Of a stretch of DNA of 64,000 nt, positions 1-15,776 are shown one piece after another. The translations under genes and the position numbers were made by a program. Under the pieces are notes generated by a model that was not told the origin of the DNA, made no database searches, and saw only the letters and a program-made list of their open reading frames with translations. The DNA is from Vermamoeba vermiformis (taxonomy: Eukaryota): positions 124,001 through 188,000 of the forward strand of contig JBEWZL010000073.1 in NCBI GenBank assembly GCA_045837725.1. Reading direction: 5' to 3'. The number at the start of each line of letters is the position of its first letter. Position 1 is the stretch's first letter.

Positions 1-928
1 CACGAATAAATTCGAAGATCTGTTGAGTCTTGCCGGGGAACACCTTGTCGATATCAGAGGCATCTATTTATACAACGTTCTTATGAGTATTCATGCATAA
101 AGCTCATCTTTGAACAGATGTGCCTCATCTGTTGCCACGTACCGTTCAACTTGTCAGCGTGTTCGTCAGTGACGTCAATGGTGATGAACTTCCAGTCCAT
201 TTCACCCTCATCAATCATGGCGTAACCACCGAGCACTTTAGCTTGCACAATAGTGCCTGTGGCGTGTAACTTGGTGCCGATCTCGCACACGTCAACGGGG
301 TCGTTGTCACCTTGAGTAGAATAGTACGATTAAATGTTGGTAATAATTAAATTACATTGCTATGATGCGTACCCTTGGCCTTAGTCTCGGGGTCAACAAT
401 GGCGGGATTCTCCCAGGTTTGAGGAATAGCGCCATAGTTGTAAGGGAATGGGTATTGAGCAGCGATGTATCTCAACTTGCCGTTCTGCGTAAATATAAAT
501 AGATATTAATATTGTGGCATGGTACTACGCAGCAGGAGAAGAAAAAAAGACCACCGTAAAGCGACTTACCTTGACGTCTTGGGTAATAGGGTTGAAGGGC
601 TTAGTCTTGTGGCATTCGAGCTTAGCATGAGTACCACGAGGGATTTCGATGAAGATATTAATAATACCCTTCTCTTTATCGGCCCAAAGAGGCAGATCGT
701 GCACCAAGGAGACTGGAACTCCGTCTAAACGCAGAAGAAAATTAAAGAGGGTTCAAATAATGAGCATTATCCATTAAGAACCTATTAAAATATTTTTTTA
801 TGATATTTTTGAAATTATTTGTGTGCGTTCAGCATCTGTTGTTGCAGTAGGCCTTACTCACCCTTAGTGTGGTAGAGTTGATAGTCCAAGGTGCCGAACA
901 CACCGATTTGCTTAGTGGCGTAAGACAT
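1..928 (-). CDS. PPA1: Soluble inorganic pyrophosphatase, family I (multi-exon; 3' end runs off the window)
   Basis: Spliced translation MSYATKQIG...HDLPL...EIPRGTHAKLE...NPITQDVK..KLRY...YNYGAIPQTWE...GDNDPVDVCEIG...IDEGEMDWK; GT-AG introns. Confidence 0.93.
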
Positions 929-1359
929 GCTTAGAGAGTGGTGGTAGCTAATGCTTGTTGTGCAGGAAACAATCACCGCCTAGAGATCCAACGAATTTAT
1001 TTCCACCCAGCTTTTTTTGACAAGAAACAGCATTACGAACAAATCTCTTATTGATTTGACACAAACACAACAACAACAGCTTCTTCTTGGCAGACAATAG
1101 AGTACGTTAACCAGCACCAAGCAGATAAGGTGTTGTAGCCAGAAAGTCACTTTACGTCAGACAGGAAATAATTATTAATACTAATAATAATAATCGTGAT
1201 GACCTTGCAATTATACCAGTCATAGCGATTAAGGGCTTCAGGATCTTCATTTAAAATCGGATAATAATTGTCTTCCAATCAATATCTGGTGTTTTCGAGG
1301 CTAAATCTGCGCACACTATCGAGTATAATAGTCCTACTAACAATATTCGAATTAGAATC

Positions 1360-3106
1360 ATGGCGCAACAAGAGATCCACAAAGCCTCACCGTATCCAAT
1401 GCTGCCAGTGCCAGAAGCACTCTCTATCACCCTGGCACATACCCCTGTCATGCGCTCTCATAGTGTTGATATTCAGCAAGCACTAGGACGCGTTCTGGCC
1501 GAAGACGTTCACGCTGCAGATCCACTGCCACCGTTTCCTGCATCCATCAAGGACGGCTATGCAGTGGTAGCGGAGGTAACTGCAGTACTATAGGTGCTCC
1601 AAAAGCAGCTCGCTGACGTGCTTGCAGGACGGACTGGGCGAGTATCCCATCCTCGGCATCATCGCTGCTGGTCAAGTCCCCTCGTTCACGGTCACATCTG
1701 GTCACGTCGCTAAAATCACGACTGGCGCACCAGTACCACCGGGAGCGAATGCTGTCATTCAGGTACTTGCCTAGTTTAGTCAGAAGCGCGTGCTAATCAG
1801 TCGTCAGGTTGAAGACACAGTGCTCATCAAGGGCACGAATGGCGCACCAGATCGCGTCAGAATATTGAAGGCCGCAAGCAAGCCCAGTCAAGACATTAGA
1901 GCTGTTGGCTCGGACATCAAGTACGTGACTTGTTTGCCTTGCATCACTAACAACCATGTACGTGCAGCACAGGAGATGTCGTGCTGAAGACAGGCGAGGT
2001 GTTGGGTCCCGCAGAGATTGGCATATTGGCCACAGTCGGTGTCACCAAGTACGTGCTGAACATGTCCTAATATGGTAACTGTATCGCTAACTGTGCTGCA
2101 GAGTGCCCGTGTACAGTGCGCCAGTGGTGGGTGTGTTGTCGACTGGCGATGAGTTGGTGGAGCCCAGTGAGAGCCCTGGACCTGGGTACGGAGATATTTC
2201 CTAATTAGGAAATCGGAACTGACGTAGGAATCTCTACAGTAAAATTCGTGACAGCAACAGAGCTATGTTACTGGCAGCGATAAATAGTCTCAATCTCGGC
2301 GTTCATGCCGTAGATCTCGGCATTGCCTCGGACAAGCCTGCAGACCTCGAACAGCGCATGATTGAAGTGCGTGCTGGTCACTCTTTGACACGTGTCATTG
2401 GTACTGACCTGTCGTTTTAGGGTTTGAAAGAAGTCGATGTGCTGTTTACTTCGGGCGGTGTTTCCATGGGTGACTTTGACCTCATTCAGCCCATTTTATC
2501 CAAATATGGTAATTATTCTTTGTACAGTGCGGTTCAATCGTTTAATCACGTGCTCGAAAGGTCAAATTCACTTTGGACGCATTTGCATGAAACCAGGCAA
2601 ACCCTTGACCTTCGCCACAGTTACCATATTAGGCAAGTCCAAGCTCGTGTTCGGACTGCCGGGCAATCCCGTGTCGAGTCTGGTGACTTTTCAATTGTTC
2701 GGCATTCCCACGCTGCGAAAGATGTGCGGTCATGCGACACCGGAACTGACGGTCATTCAAGCCAAGGCACGTGTTGCTGTTGATATGCTGACTGCAGTGA
2801 GTGCAGTACTAATGCAACGAACAGATCACCAAGTCCCTCAAATTAGATCCGCAACGTCCCGAGTACCACCGCGCCACTATTCGCTGGGACCAACAGAGCC
2901 AGTGTTTCGTCGCTGAGAGCACTGGTGCGTGCACGAACAGCACTCTATTGCTGCAGTACTAACACCGCTGTTTAGGTGCACAAGCGTCGAGTCGTCTCTT
3001 GAGCATGCGCACAGCGAATGCACTGCTGTTGTTGCCGCAAGAGTCCGGTGTGATCGAGAGTGGTTCAGTTGTGCCTGCGTACCTGATTGGTGCCTTTGCG
3101 AATTAA
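1360..3106 (+). CDS. moeA: Molybdopterin molybdenumtransferase (MoeA / gephyrin E / CNX1E domain), multi-exon
   Basis: Motifs [77 protein letters not shown]. Confidence 0.92.
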
Positions 3107-3193
3107 CACCGAGAGGGAGACATCAAGACACTGCACCCAGCAGCTTGTAGCACATGTAAATAGGCAGTTCCAAACAATTCAGTGCATAATTAA

Positions 3194-4010
3194 TTACATT
3201 AGAATACAGCGTCGATCAGAGGTGGCTGTGGTGGCACTATTGGTCTTAGTAGCGCCAGTCATCTCCTGCTGAATGCGCGGCCAATTCGCTTCGACCATGC
3301 GCGTCAGAGTGTTGACAGCCTCGTCAATGTTGGTGTTGGTCTTGGCACTCGTCTCGATGTACGGCACGCCCAAGTGATCAGCCAGCTCCTTGGCCTCTTC
3401 GTACGAGACTTGGCGCCTCTCCACCTCGTCTACTTTGGTCGCTACTAGTATGCGTTGCACATGGCTCATGGAGTACTTGGCACTCTCCTCGAAAAACCGC
3501 GTAACGGATCTGAACGATTCACGATCGGTCACTGAGAATAAGATGAATATCCCTGCAGCACCGCGATAATAAGACGACGTAATCTGGCGAAATCTGTTGC
3601 AACATTAACACCCATAGAGCGACAACGTTGTTTCCACCTACCGTTCTCTGCTGGCCGTGTCCCACAGTTGCAGTTTAATCTTCTTGTTGGAGTCAGGCGA
3701 TGTAATAGTTTTTATTTTCTTATCAGTATCACAAACCGTTAGTAAACGCGTGCGAGGTTAAGCAATTTTACTTGAAATAGATCTGATTTTCAAATAAAAC
3801 CAACAGTTACTTACAAAATCAATGCCTATCGTTGCAATATGTTCGGGTATAAATGTACCATCAGCATACCGTAACAAAAATGAACTGCGGCCCGAATTAT
3901 AATCGCCAGCAAGCAATAACTAACGTTTGTTAATATTAACAAAACTGGTACAGGGGTTTCTAAATACGCACCTTATATAGATAATCGTGCTCTGTAGGTG
4001 TGTTGCTCAT
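3194..4010 (-). CDS. Rab1/Rab8-like small GTPase with divergent G-boxes, 4 exons
   Basis: HDYLYKLLLAGDYNSGRSS, TIGIDFK, WDTASRERFRQITSSYYRGA, TKVD, ETSAK, C-terminal CILM prenylation motif. Confidence 0.88.
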
Positions 4011-4170
4011 GGTTGCTTAGGGTTGCTAATTATACTGACGGAAAAACTCTGAACAACAAGTTGACAGGCGAAATAAAAGCACGTGCTCAATTCCAATTTC
4101 TAACTTGACCGGTCATTAGTCTACAACATTATAATTAGCAATTAAAGCCACGGAACACATTAATAGAGTA

Positions 4171-5863
4171 ATGGAGGCTAATACAAATACGACTCCCGCT
4201 GATGACAAGCCCACTCCACAAAACCAATCCGGTGAATCCGGACCAAAAATCACTGTAGAAAGTAAGAAAATATCATACATATACAGCTATTAATAGAGTT
4301 TAATTTCGCTAGTGAATTGTGACTACTTCTTCAGCGATCCAATCGAAAATTGTTATCAAAATCGCTTTAAAAATTATAATATCATCAAGCTTATCACCTC
4401 AAAGATTATTTGCGACCTATTGTTACACTAAAACTGGAAACAATTTTTTTCTAATTATTTTATTGACAGATCCGTGGCCGAAATTTGGTGAACCAGACAG
4501 CAAGCCTATTGTCTGCGTATTAATCGGTATGGCCGGCAGTGGAAAGACGACATTGATGCAGGTATGTTATTATGAGGGGTACTCTTCACCTGAAAAGTTC
4601 TCAACTTTGCGGATCGGATCTGGTTCTAACACTGTCCTTTTAGCGCATTAATGCACATGTACATATGCACAAATTGCCTTCGTATATTATAAATTTGGAC
4701 CCTGCCGTTGCTACAGTGCCCTACAGTGCCAACATTGATATTCGAGATTCGCTCAACTACAAAGAGGTGATGAAACAATACAGTTTGGGCCCTAACGGTG
4801 GTATATTGACGTCGCTCAATTTATTCGCCACGAGGTTCGATCAAGTCATGGACTTTGTTGAGAAACGAGCGCCCAAGTTAAAGTACGATCCTGGATGCAG
4901 CCGTGCTTTCGTTACTGATCCTTATTAGATATATCTTCATCGACACGCCGGGTCAAATTGAAGTGTTCAACTGGTCGGCATCGGGCACTATTATCACCGA
5001 AGCCTTCTCCAGCCAATACCCCACAGTCTTCATCTTCGTGGTCGACACTCCGCGCTCGTCCAATCCCGCCACCTTCATGTCGAACATGCTCTATGCGTGC
5101 AGTATATTGTACAAGACCAAGCTGCCGCTGCTAGTCGTGTTCAACAAGTGCGATGTAGTGCCGCACGACTTTGCACTGGAGTGGATGAAAGACTTTGACA
5201 AGTTTGAAGAAGCAGCGCGTGCCGGCAAGAACTACATGGCGCAATTCACGCAGTCCATGGGCCTGATGCTGCAAGAGTTCTACGAGAACTTGAGCACTGT
5301 CGGTGTGTCTGCTGTGACTGGCGCGGGCATGGAGCAATTCTTCAACACTATTAGCCACGCAGCTGTCGAATACGAGACGTGAGTGATATTTAGATTAGTA
5401 CTGCGTGAATATAATAACTGAGATGTCGTCAATCGTAGATATTACAAAGTGGATCTGTTGAAGAGGTTAGAAGAACGTGTAAGTGTACTTTCAACCACGA
5501 ATATCGATTGCTAACGTCTTCTTACTAGAATCAAAAAGAGAAACAGCGCCAAGAAGAGCAATTGAACAAGCTGAAAGCAGACATTTTGAAGACTAAAGGC
5601 GAGCAGCCAATCGACAACAAAGCACAACCACGCCGCAAGACCAAGTTTGTGGATGCTGACATGGAATACGATGTGAACGTCAATTTAGGAGGCGGTCAAT
5701 TCGAGGAAGATAGTGAAGATGATGAGGGTGAAGGTAAGACAATCATGTACATCAAGGGTGAGCCGATCTGACAATATTTTTTCTAGATTTTGATCCAGCC
5801 GAATTTGAATCAGAACGCCAAGAGTACGAAGAGTTTATGAACGAACTGCGCGGTAAAAAATAA
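4171..5863 (+). CDS. GPN1: GPN-loop GTPase 1
   Basis: [55 protein letters not shown]; acidic C-terminal tail. Confidence 0.95.
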
Positions 5864-5917
5864 ATAGCCGAAACTTAGATCTTCGCCGAAAACAAACTCC
5901 AGCACTAAAACACGTTT

Positions 5918-6340
5918 TTTTTTCATGAAGTCGATTTTTTCGTGAAACAGGTCAAACTTTGGTCAAAAGGTGTAGCGTGTCCTTACACGTGAACCCTGGT
6001 TTATCTACGGGCAAAAAGACGAGCTAAGTGGCCAATTTTTTCATGAAGTCGATTTTTTCGTGAACAAGGTCAAACTTTGGTCAAAAAAAACTGTACTAAG
6101 GTAACGCGAAGCCAAAGCGGTGTGGCATCTTTTACAGCACCTTGTGCACTTCACGATGAGGCCAATTGTTGGTAGGAGCTGTACAAACTAAGTTTAGGGT
6201 CGGTATTTACGCTGCGGAGCTCCGCACACAAAAAGAAACCTGCTTTACTTACTATTGGAATGACTCTTATGAACTGGTATGGTATGTCATGGTAACACAC
6301 TTTGGTGATATGAAAGTATGACTGCTATTTCGGCTCAACC
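5918..6340 (+). repeat. Modular dispersed repeat, copy 1 (two A modules, one B, one D)
   Basis: TTTTTCATGAAGTCGATTTTTTCGTGAA..GGTCAAACTTTGGTCAAA at ~5918 and ~6036; AGCGTGTCCTTACACGTGAAC at ~5974; CTTTACTTAC..GTCATGG..GGCTCAA at ~6243; similar to 15082-15380 and 22953-23475. Confidence 0.85.
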
Positions 6341-6487
6341 AAAGAGTTTTGAGGTCGAAGAACAAAGGATCTTGGCAACAAAAGCATTATATTTATCCCA
6401 TTTAGTTGCTTGTCTATTAACTCTTACTGTGTAATTAACTTTAATTCTTTATTCGACAAAGGAAACTTATCTACATGATCTGGCGTG

Positions 6488-8700
<2,213 letters not shown>

Positions 8701-8855
8701 TCAATATATGTGCCTGTGCCTGTGCCAGTGAATTGATTTAAATTACTACACTCTCTGAAAAACACACGTCAAAACATTGGCTTGACTAACTTTGACCGCG
8801 AATAAGACCGTCTTATTCGCGCTTTAATTTTGAAACTGCCTGCCCAACAAACACA

Positions 8856-10361
8856 ATGGAGAACTACACAAAGAAGGGAGAACTGGGTGCAGGTACTTTT
8901 GGTGTTGTATATGATGGCGAGCGTAAAGAGGATGGCCTCAGAGTTGCTATGAAGAAGATTAGGATGGGCGAGCGCAGATCAGGCGTCAGTTTTACAGCAA
9001 TCCGAGAGATCAAAATTTTGCAAGAATTAAAACATGAACATATCGTCGGGGTAAGTAGCCAAAAAGTAGTTAGAGCGACTCTACAATTTATTTTTAATTT
9101 TCTTCATTGATCTAATTATCTACCACGAGTCTCATACTAACCTCTTGTGATACATAGCTACTAGATGTATTTATTCACCATCAAAGCATTTTTTTGATAT
9201 TTGAATTCATGCAAACTGATCTTGAAGCGGTGGTGCTTGACAAATCCATTCCATTATCCGCAGCAGACATTAAGAGCTATATGCGCATGTTGTTGTTGTC
9301 AGTGGAGGTCTGTCACAAGCATTTCATTCTCCACCGTGTAAGTACATGCCGCCAGACAATTCATTTTCGTATTAGCTGAAGCTTATTAACATCCTCGCTC
9401 TATTGTAGGACATTAAGCCCGGCAACTTGTTGATCGGTGCTGACGGTACATTGAAGTTGGCTGACTTTGGTCTCGCCAAACAGTACGGCAGTCCCAATGC
9501 ACGCATGACCAAGACAGTTGTCACGCGTTGGTACCGCGCACCTGAACTGCTGTATGGTGCGGAACGATACGGGTAAGGCCTTAGTTGTTTGATTGGTTCT
9601 TTGAATGATGAGTACCGTGCCAATCCAAAGTCTCAAATACCTTACCTAACCGATGTGACCTATCAATAGCTTTGGCGTGGATATCTGGGCCTGTGGCATG
9701 ATATTCGCAGAGCTCATGTTGCGCGGCCCCCTCGCTCCTGGTGACTCGGACATTGATCAGCTAGGTACGCAAAGGTCTTCGTTCGTTTATTAGCGGTTAT
9801 TTAAACCATGTTGCAGCGAAGATATTTGCGGTGTTAGGCACACCGACTGAAGAGATGTGGCCCGTAAGTTTAAAGAGAACTCTATAGCTGTCGTGATTTA
9901 GTGTCTAACAGTTATCGCTGTAGGGCATGGAAAGTCTCCCCGACTATGTAGCATTTACTAAGACGCCAGCCATTCCGTTGAAACAAATGTTCAGCGCTGC
10001 ATCCGACGATGCAATTGACCTGCTCTCGAAAATGCTCAAGTACGATCCAAATCAACGTCCTACAGCCACTGAAGCCTTGCAACACCCTTACTTCTCGTCC
10101 GCACCGCTGCCCACACCTCCGAACAAGCTTCAATTGCCAAGACCGAAACACGTCCTGTAGTACGTAAAGGGATTCCTCTCGATGCTTCATCTGCTAATAT
10201 TGCGAACGTAGTAAGCAAGAGAACCCTCACACTAGAAACCTCCGCAAAGAGATGGAAGCGAGTAAGTGCAACGATAACATTGTCGAATCGTTCTAACAAA
10301 GATCTTGTTACCAGGCGGCGATACCTCCGTCAAAAAGAGGCTAGAAATGACTGACGACTGA
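8856..10361 (+). CDS. CDK7: Cyclin-dependent kinase 7 (CAK / CDKD-like), multi-exon
   Basis: [64 protein letters not shown]. The last two exons are inferred from GT-AG sites; an unspliced stop lies at 10160. Confidence 0.85.
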
Positions 10362-10944
10362 TGTTTCAGCTCAATTGTAAAATGTACATAACGATGTAAA
10401 TTCAGTGCACGGATTAAATTAATTTGCGTTGGGATGTTTCCCAAGCACGCGACCGGTACGGATGCGCTAAAAGAATGCATGCGTACCCTATATCAGCGTG
10501 CAGAACTTATATATAGAATAATAGTAATATTTCATTAATGAACCGCATGCAACTTATGCTGGCTTCACACAGTACTTGTTGCTCGGCGAAGTACTGCATT
10601 GCATTGGCACCATACCTTGCGTAATTCAGCAAAAAACTAGTGCAACAAAAGCTCCACTGCGCGTTCTTGATGTACGTTTCAAGGAGGGTGCGCAATAAGA
10701 ACAAGGACCAAAAAAAAAAAGGGTTGTGGTTCATGAAAAAGACCACGTGTAAGTAATGGAATACCACGTGCATCTAGTAATGGCCTGGATTTGGATTTCA
10801 GCTTGCCTTAGAGCTAAGCGTGTGCAGAATTAAATCATATTATTCGATTTTGAGTCCTCAACTCAGTTCCGGACTCGTCTTGGCCGCCAAATCCAGCCCG
10901 ATCAAGATGGAGGCAAACACAAATAACCGAGGTAATGTAGAACA

Positions 10945-13017
10945 TCATTTATCCTTTATATTTTTTTGCTCTTGGCGCTGCTTTTGTACCCGCGGATTAT
11001 TTTGGTTTTTTTGGTCGATCTTCTGCTTCTTTTTGTCTCCTGCATTTTCTAGCCGCTCTTCTAAAGATGCTGAGCAGAAACAGTCAGCTGCTATGGAAGG
11101 ATTAATAACAGACGTACCTTCAGTAGGGCGCTTGAACAGGGGTACGTAGGGAGTGCTTTTGAAGCTCTTCGTAGTGGCGCCAATGAACGAGTTGAGCACG
11201 CGCAGCTGTGGTGCATTGTTGCTTGCCCATGTCTTCAATGGTACAACGGTGTCATCTGCAAGAACGTCAATTACATGCTCGGCACATCACCACAACGTAC
11301 CGTGCTGATTATTCCTAGGTTCATTGTGCACGTAACTGTTCTCTAATCCTGACAGCAACGCACCAGCCACAGCGCTCTTCATTTCTTTCTCTTGCCACTG
11401 TCGGATCATGTGGTCGTACAGCTTTTTCATTTCCTCTGCGTAGCGGTAAACACTTAGCTGTTCTAATACGGACGCTCAAGGCACGTACCTGACTTTTGAA
11501 CGAATTTCACGTCTTCATAACTGCAATCGTATAAAATTAATGGCACTTCTGAAGCCATTTCATAGACAGGCTTGTTTGGATGCTTTTTGATGTCTAGCAT
11601 CTCGCCAATAATCTAATAATCGATTAATATCGAGGCGCTAACAGAGGGTTCAACATACGGATGGATCTTCGTGGCCAGCGCCAATCAAAAATAAGATCGC
11701 TACCATGCAGCGGATTTGATGCCACAAAAATGCAAAGCCAGTAATGGTGAAGTAATACATCTTGTGCGGGTCATTGTCGCTAAATGATGATGAGCGAGGT
11801 GCTCTTCTCAATGTTCAATGATCTTTTAGACTTACTCAATGCCATCGCCAGCAGGTGTGATGTCAATCGCCAAGATATTGCGCTCAAAGTTTGCCACATT
11901 GACGACGTCCATGCGACAGAAATTTCGAAAATCATGAGGACCTAGGTAAGCACGTGATGCTTCTTTCATTTTCTAAATAAAGGGGAATCAGCTGTAATCT
12001 CTGTTCTGCCCAATTTCGATGACAAGCATACCTTAATATCTAAATTCGATTTAAAGAAGTAGTAGCGATAAGTACGGCTAAGCGTCGAGAACCTGAACCA
12101 GAGTGAGTACTGGATCGCAACAAAAAAAGAGTAAATTTGCTTACCGAGCATTAAAGTGGAGTGGCACTGGTACCCAGCCAATGACTCGAATGTCTTCTGG
12201 CAACACGCCGTTGAGTGCTGATATGTAATCGATTTCTTCGTCTTTGTCTGCATCTGCTCTCGTTTAGTCAGCAGTGAAACTCGGAGTTGCATGCGTTATA
12301 CCTTTCATATTAGAACCGACTTCAACTACACCAAGTCCCGATTTAATTTTACTTCGCATGTGCAAAGAAATCACCTGGAAAAGACGCGATCAGGAATGAT
12401 CATGTCAAAACGTTAAAAATGAAATAAATACGAAGTTGTTTCGTATTTAAGTGCACATATAATATAGTACGCTCGCATTTCCATTTGTTTGTTTTAAATA
12501 ATTAATTACCTGCCCAAAAGCACTCACGCCCTTGTCCGTTCGTCCGCTGCGATTGAAATTGGCTGTTTTAATGTCCTCTATCATATGTGTCCTCAACAGT
12601 GCTCGAATTAAATGTCCTTCAACTGTTTCTTCGGTGTCTTGTTGCACGGCCAAGCCATGATAGTTCCAACCAATGTAAGCAACTTTTAAAGCAATGTGTC
12701 TCTTCGAATATTTGGACCAATCAATCGCACGTTGTATTTTCTGCTTTTTATTCTTAAGAGAATTAGTCCTGCATTGGTTTCAGTATCTACATGCGCCCGA
12801 GACTGCTTTTGGTTTTTTAAAAATTACCAAATTTCTCAAATTAAGGTACCCGTTTAATATTAATACTCACAGGCTTCTCAGGTGAATTTTCAAGCTGATC
12901 GAATTTGCGCTTATTGTTTTTGTTATTTTCGCCAATGCTCGGGCTCGCCCGCAATTTCAATACAAGCTCTATCAGCTCTTCTTTAGTACGAGACTCGAGT
13001 TCTTCTCTGGTGCTCAT
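10945..13017 (-). CDS. PUS3: tRNA pseudouridine(38/39) synthase, TruA/PUS3 family, multi-exon
   Basis: [62 protein letters not shown]-terminal [13 protein letters not shown]. Confidence 0.9.
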
Positions 13018-13100
13018 CTTCGATCCGCCGTTTGGGTGGGACCCAAAAATGTTGATTTGATTTTTTTTCATTTCTCCCTTTTTGGCTCTTGATCGCCACC

Positions 13101-14667
<1,567 letters not shown>

Positions 14668-15081
14668 AAACCTCTACCATTGTCATATAACACGTGTAAA
14701 ATATTGGTAAAACCTCACCATACCCATTGACTGGCTAGAGAGGATCAGTTGGTGGCGTCGATACGAACAAAAAAACGAGTTTTGGTTCATGAAACGGTAC
14801 ACTTTTTTGGGATTTTTCCCAAACTCAGGAAGCGTAAATCGGTCTTAACTTACTTTGTAATACTCTTGTTAACAATTGGCATGCGAAAATGTGGTGGTTA
14901 CGATATGTTCCAGCGGGTGCAATTGTTGGTTGGCAAAACTGAAGCGTAAACTCAGCTCTTTGTGCTCCTATTTGCCGTTGGTTGGTGCTCAGCGATAGTA
15001 CAACGTCAATAACATAAATGAGCACCGCATTTTGTTGTTGAAATTGCGTTTGTCTTTGTTAGAGTTCAGCAACAACAGGCG

Positions 15082-15650
15082 TTTTTTTCGTGAAGCCGAT
15101 TTTTTCATGAAAAAGGTCAAACTTTGGTCAAACGATGCAGCGTGTTCTTACACGTGAACGCTGGTTAAAGCGCGTCGTCAAAAAGATTGTAATCGATTTC
15201 CATGCCATTTGTTATCATGGAAGCATCGGAAAAAGAACAAAACGGTTTGAGCTCCGTCGCGAGGTACATTTCAAACTAAAAATAACTACCGATTGCAAAA
15301 CTGCTTTACCTACCTTTGAATAACTCGTAGTAGGCGTTATGAGCCGTCATGGCATTGTACTTGCATTATCGGCTCAATTAAATAAAAATTACGGTTGGAA
15401 GCGTAAACAAAAGATCCACTACAATTTGCTAGTTTTTGATCTTTTTTTTGGATATTTGATATTCATATGATGTTATTTAATTACAGGGCTATGCCAGTTT
15501 TATTCACTGGATAAAGTGCGTAACGTAATTCCGCTCGAAACAACAAAACTACTTTTACTTACCTTTGGACAACTCCTTGTGGACAGTATGAACCGTCATG
15601 GCATTGTACTTTTGTGATATAAATCATGCTTGCAATATCAACTCAACCCA
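15082..15650 (+). repeat. Modular dispersed repeat, copy 2 (modules A, B, C, D plus a second D at ~15552)
   Basis: Same modules as 5918-6340 and 22953-23475, including the hairpin TTCCATG...CATGGAA. Confidence 0.85.
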
Positions 15651-15776
15651 AGTATGTTTTTGAGCCCTTTTTACCCGCAAGGATCTGTTTTATTACGATC
15701 CGCTGGTACTGTACACCATTGCCATTCAGTGGCATTAGAGCTATAATTTGGTTGTTTGTATCGGTAGCTAGAGTGT

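Noticed and set aside
5918-6090. CRISPR-like repeat-spacer array
   Set aside because: Only two adjacent A-module copies, eukaryotic context, no cas genes.
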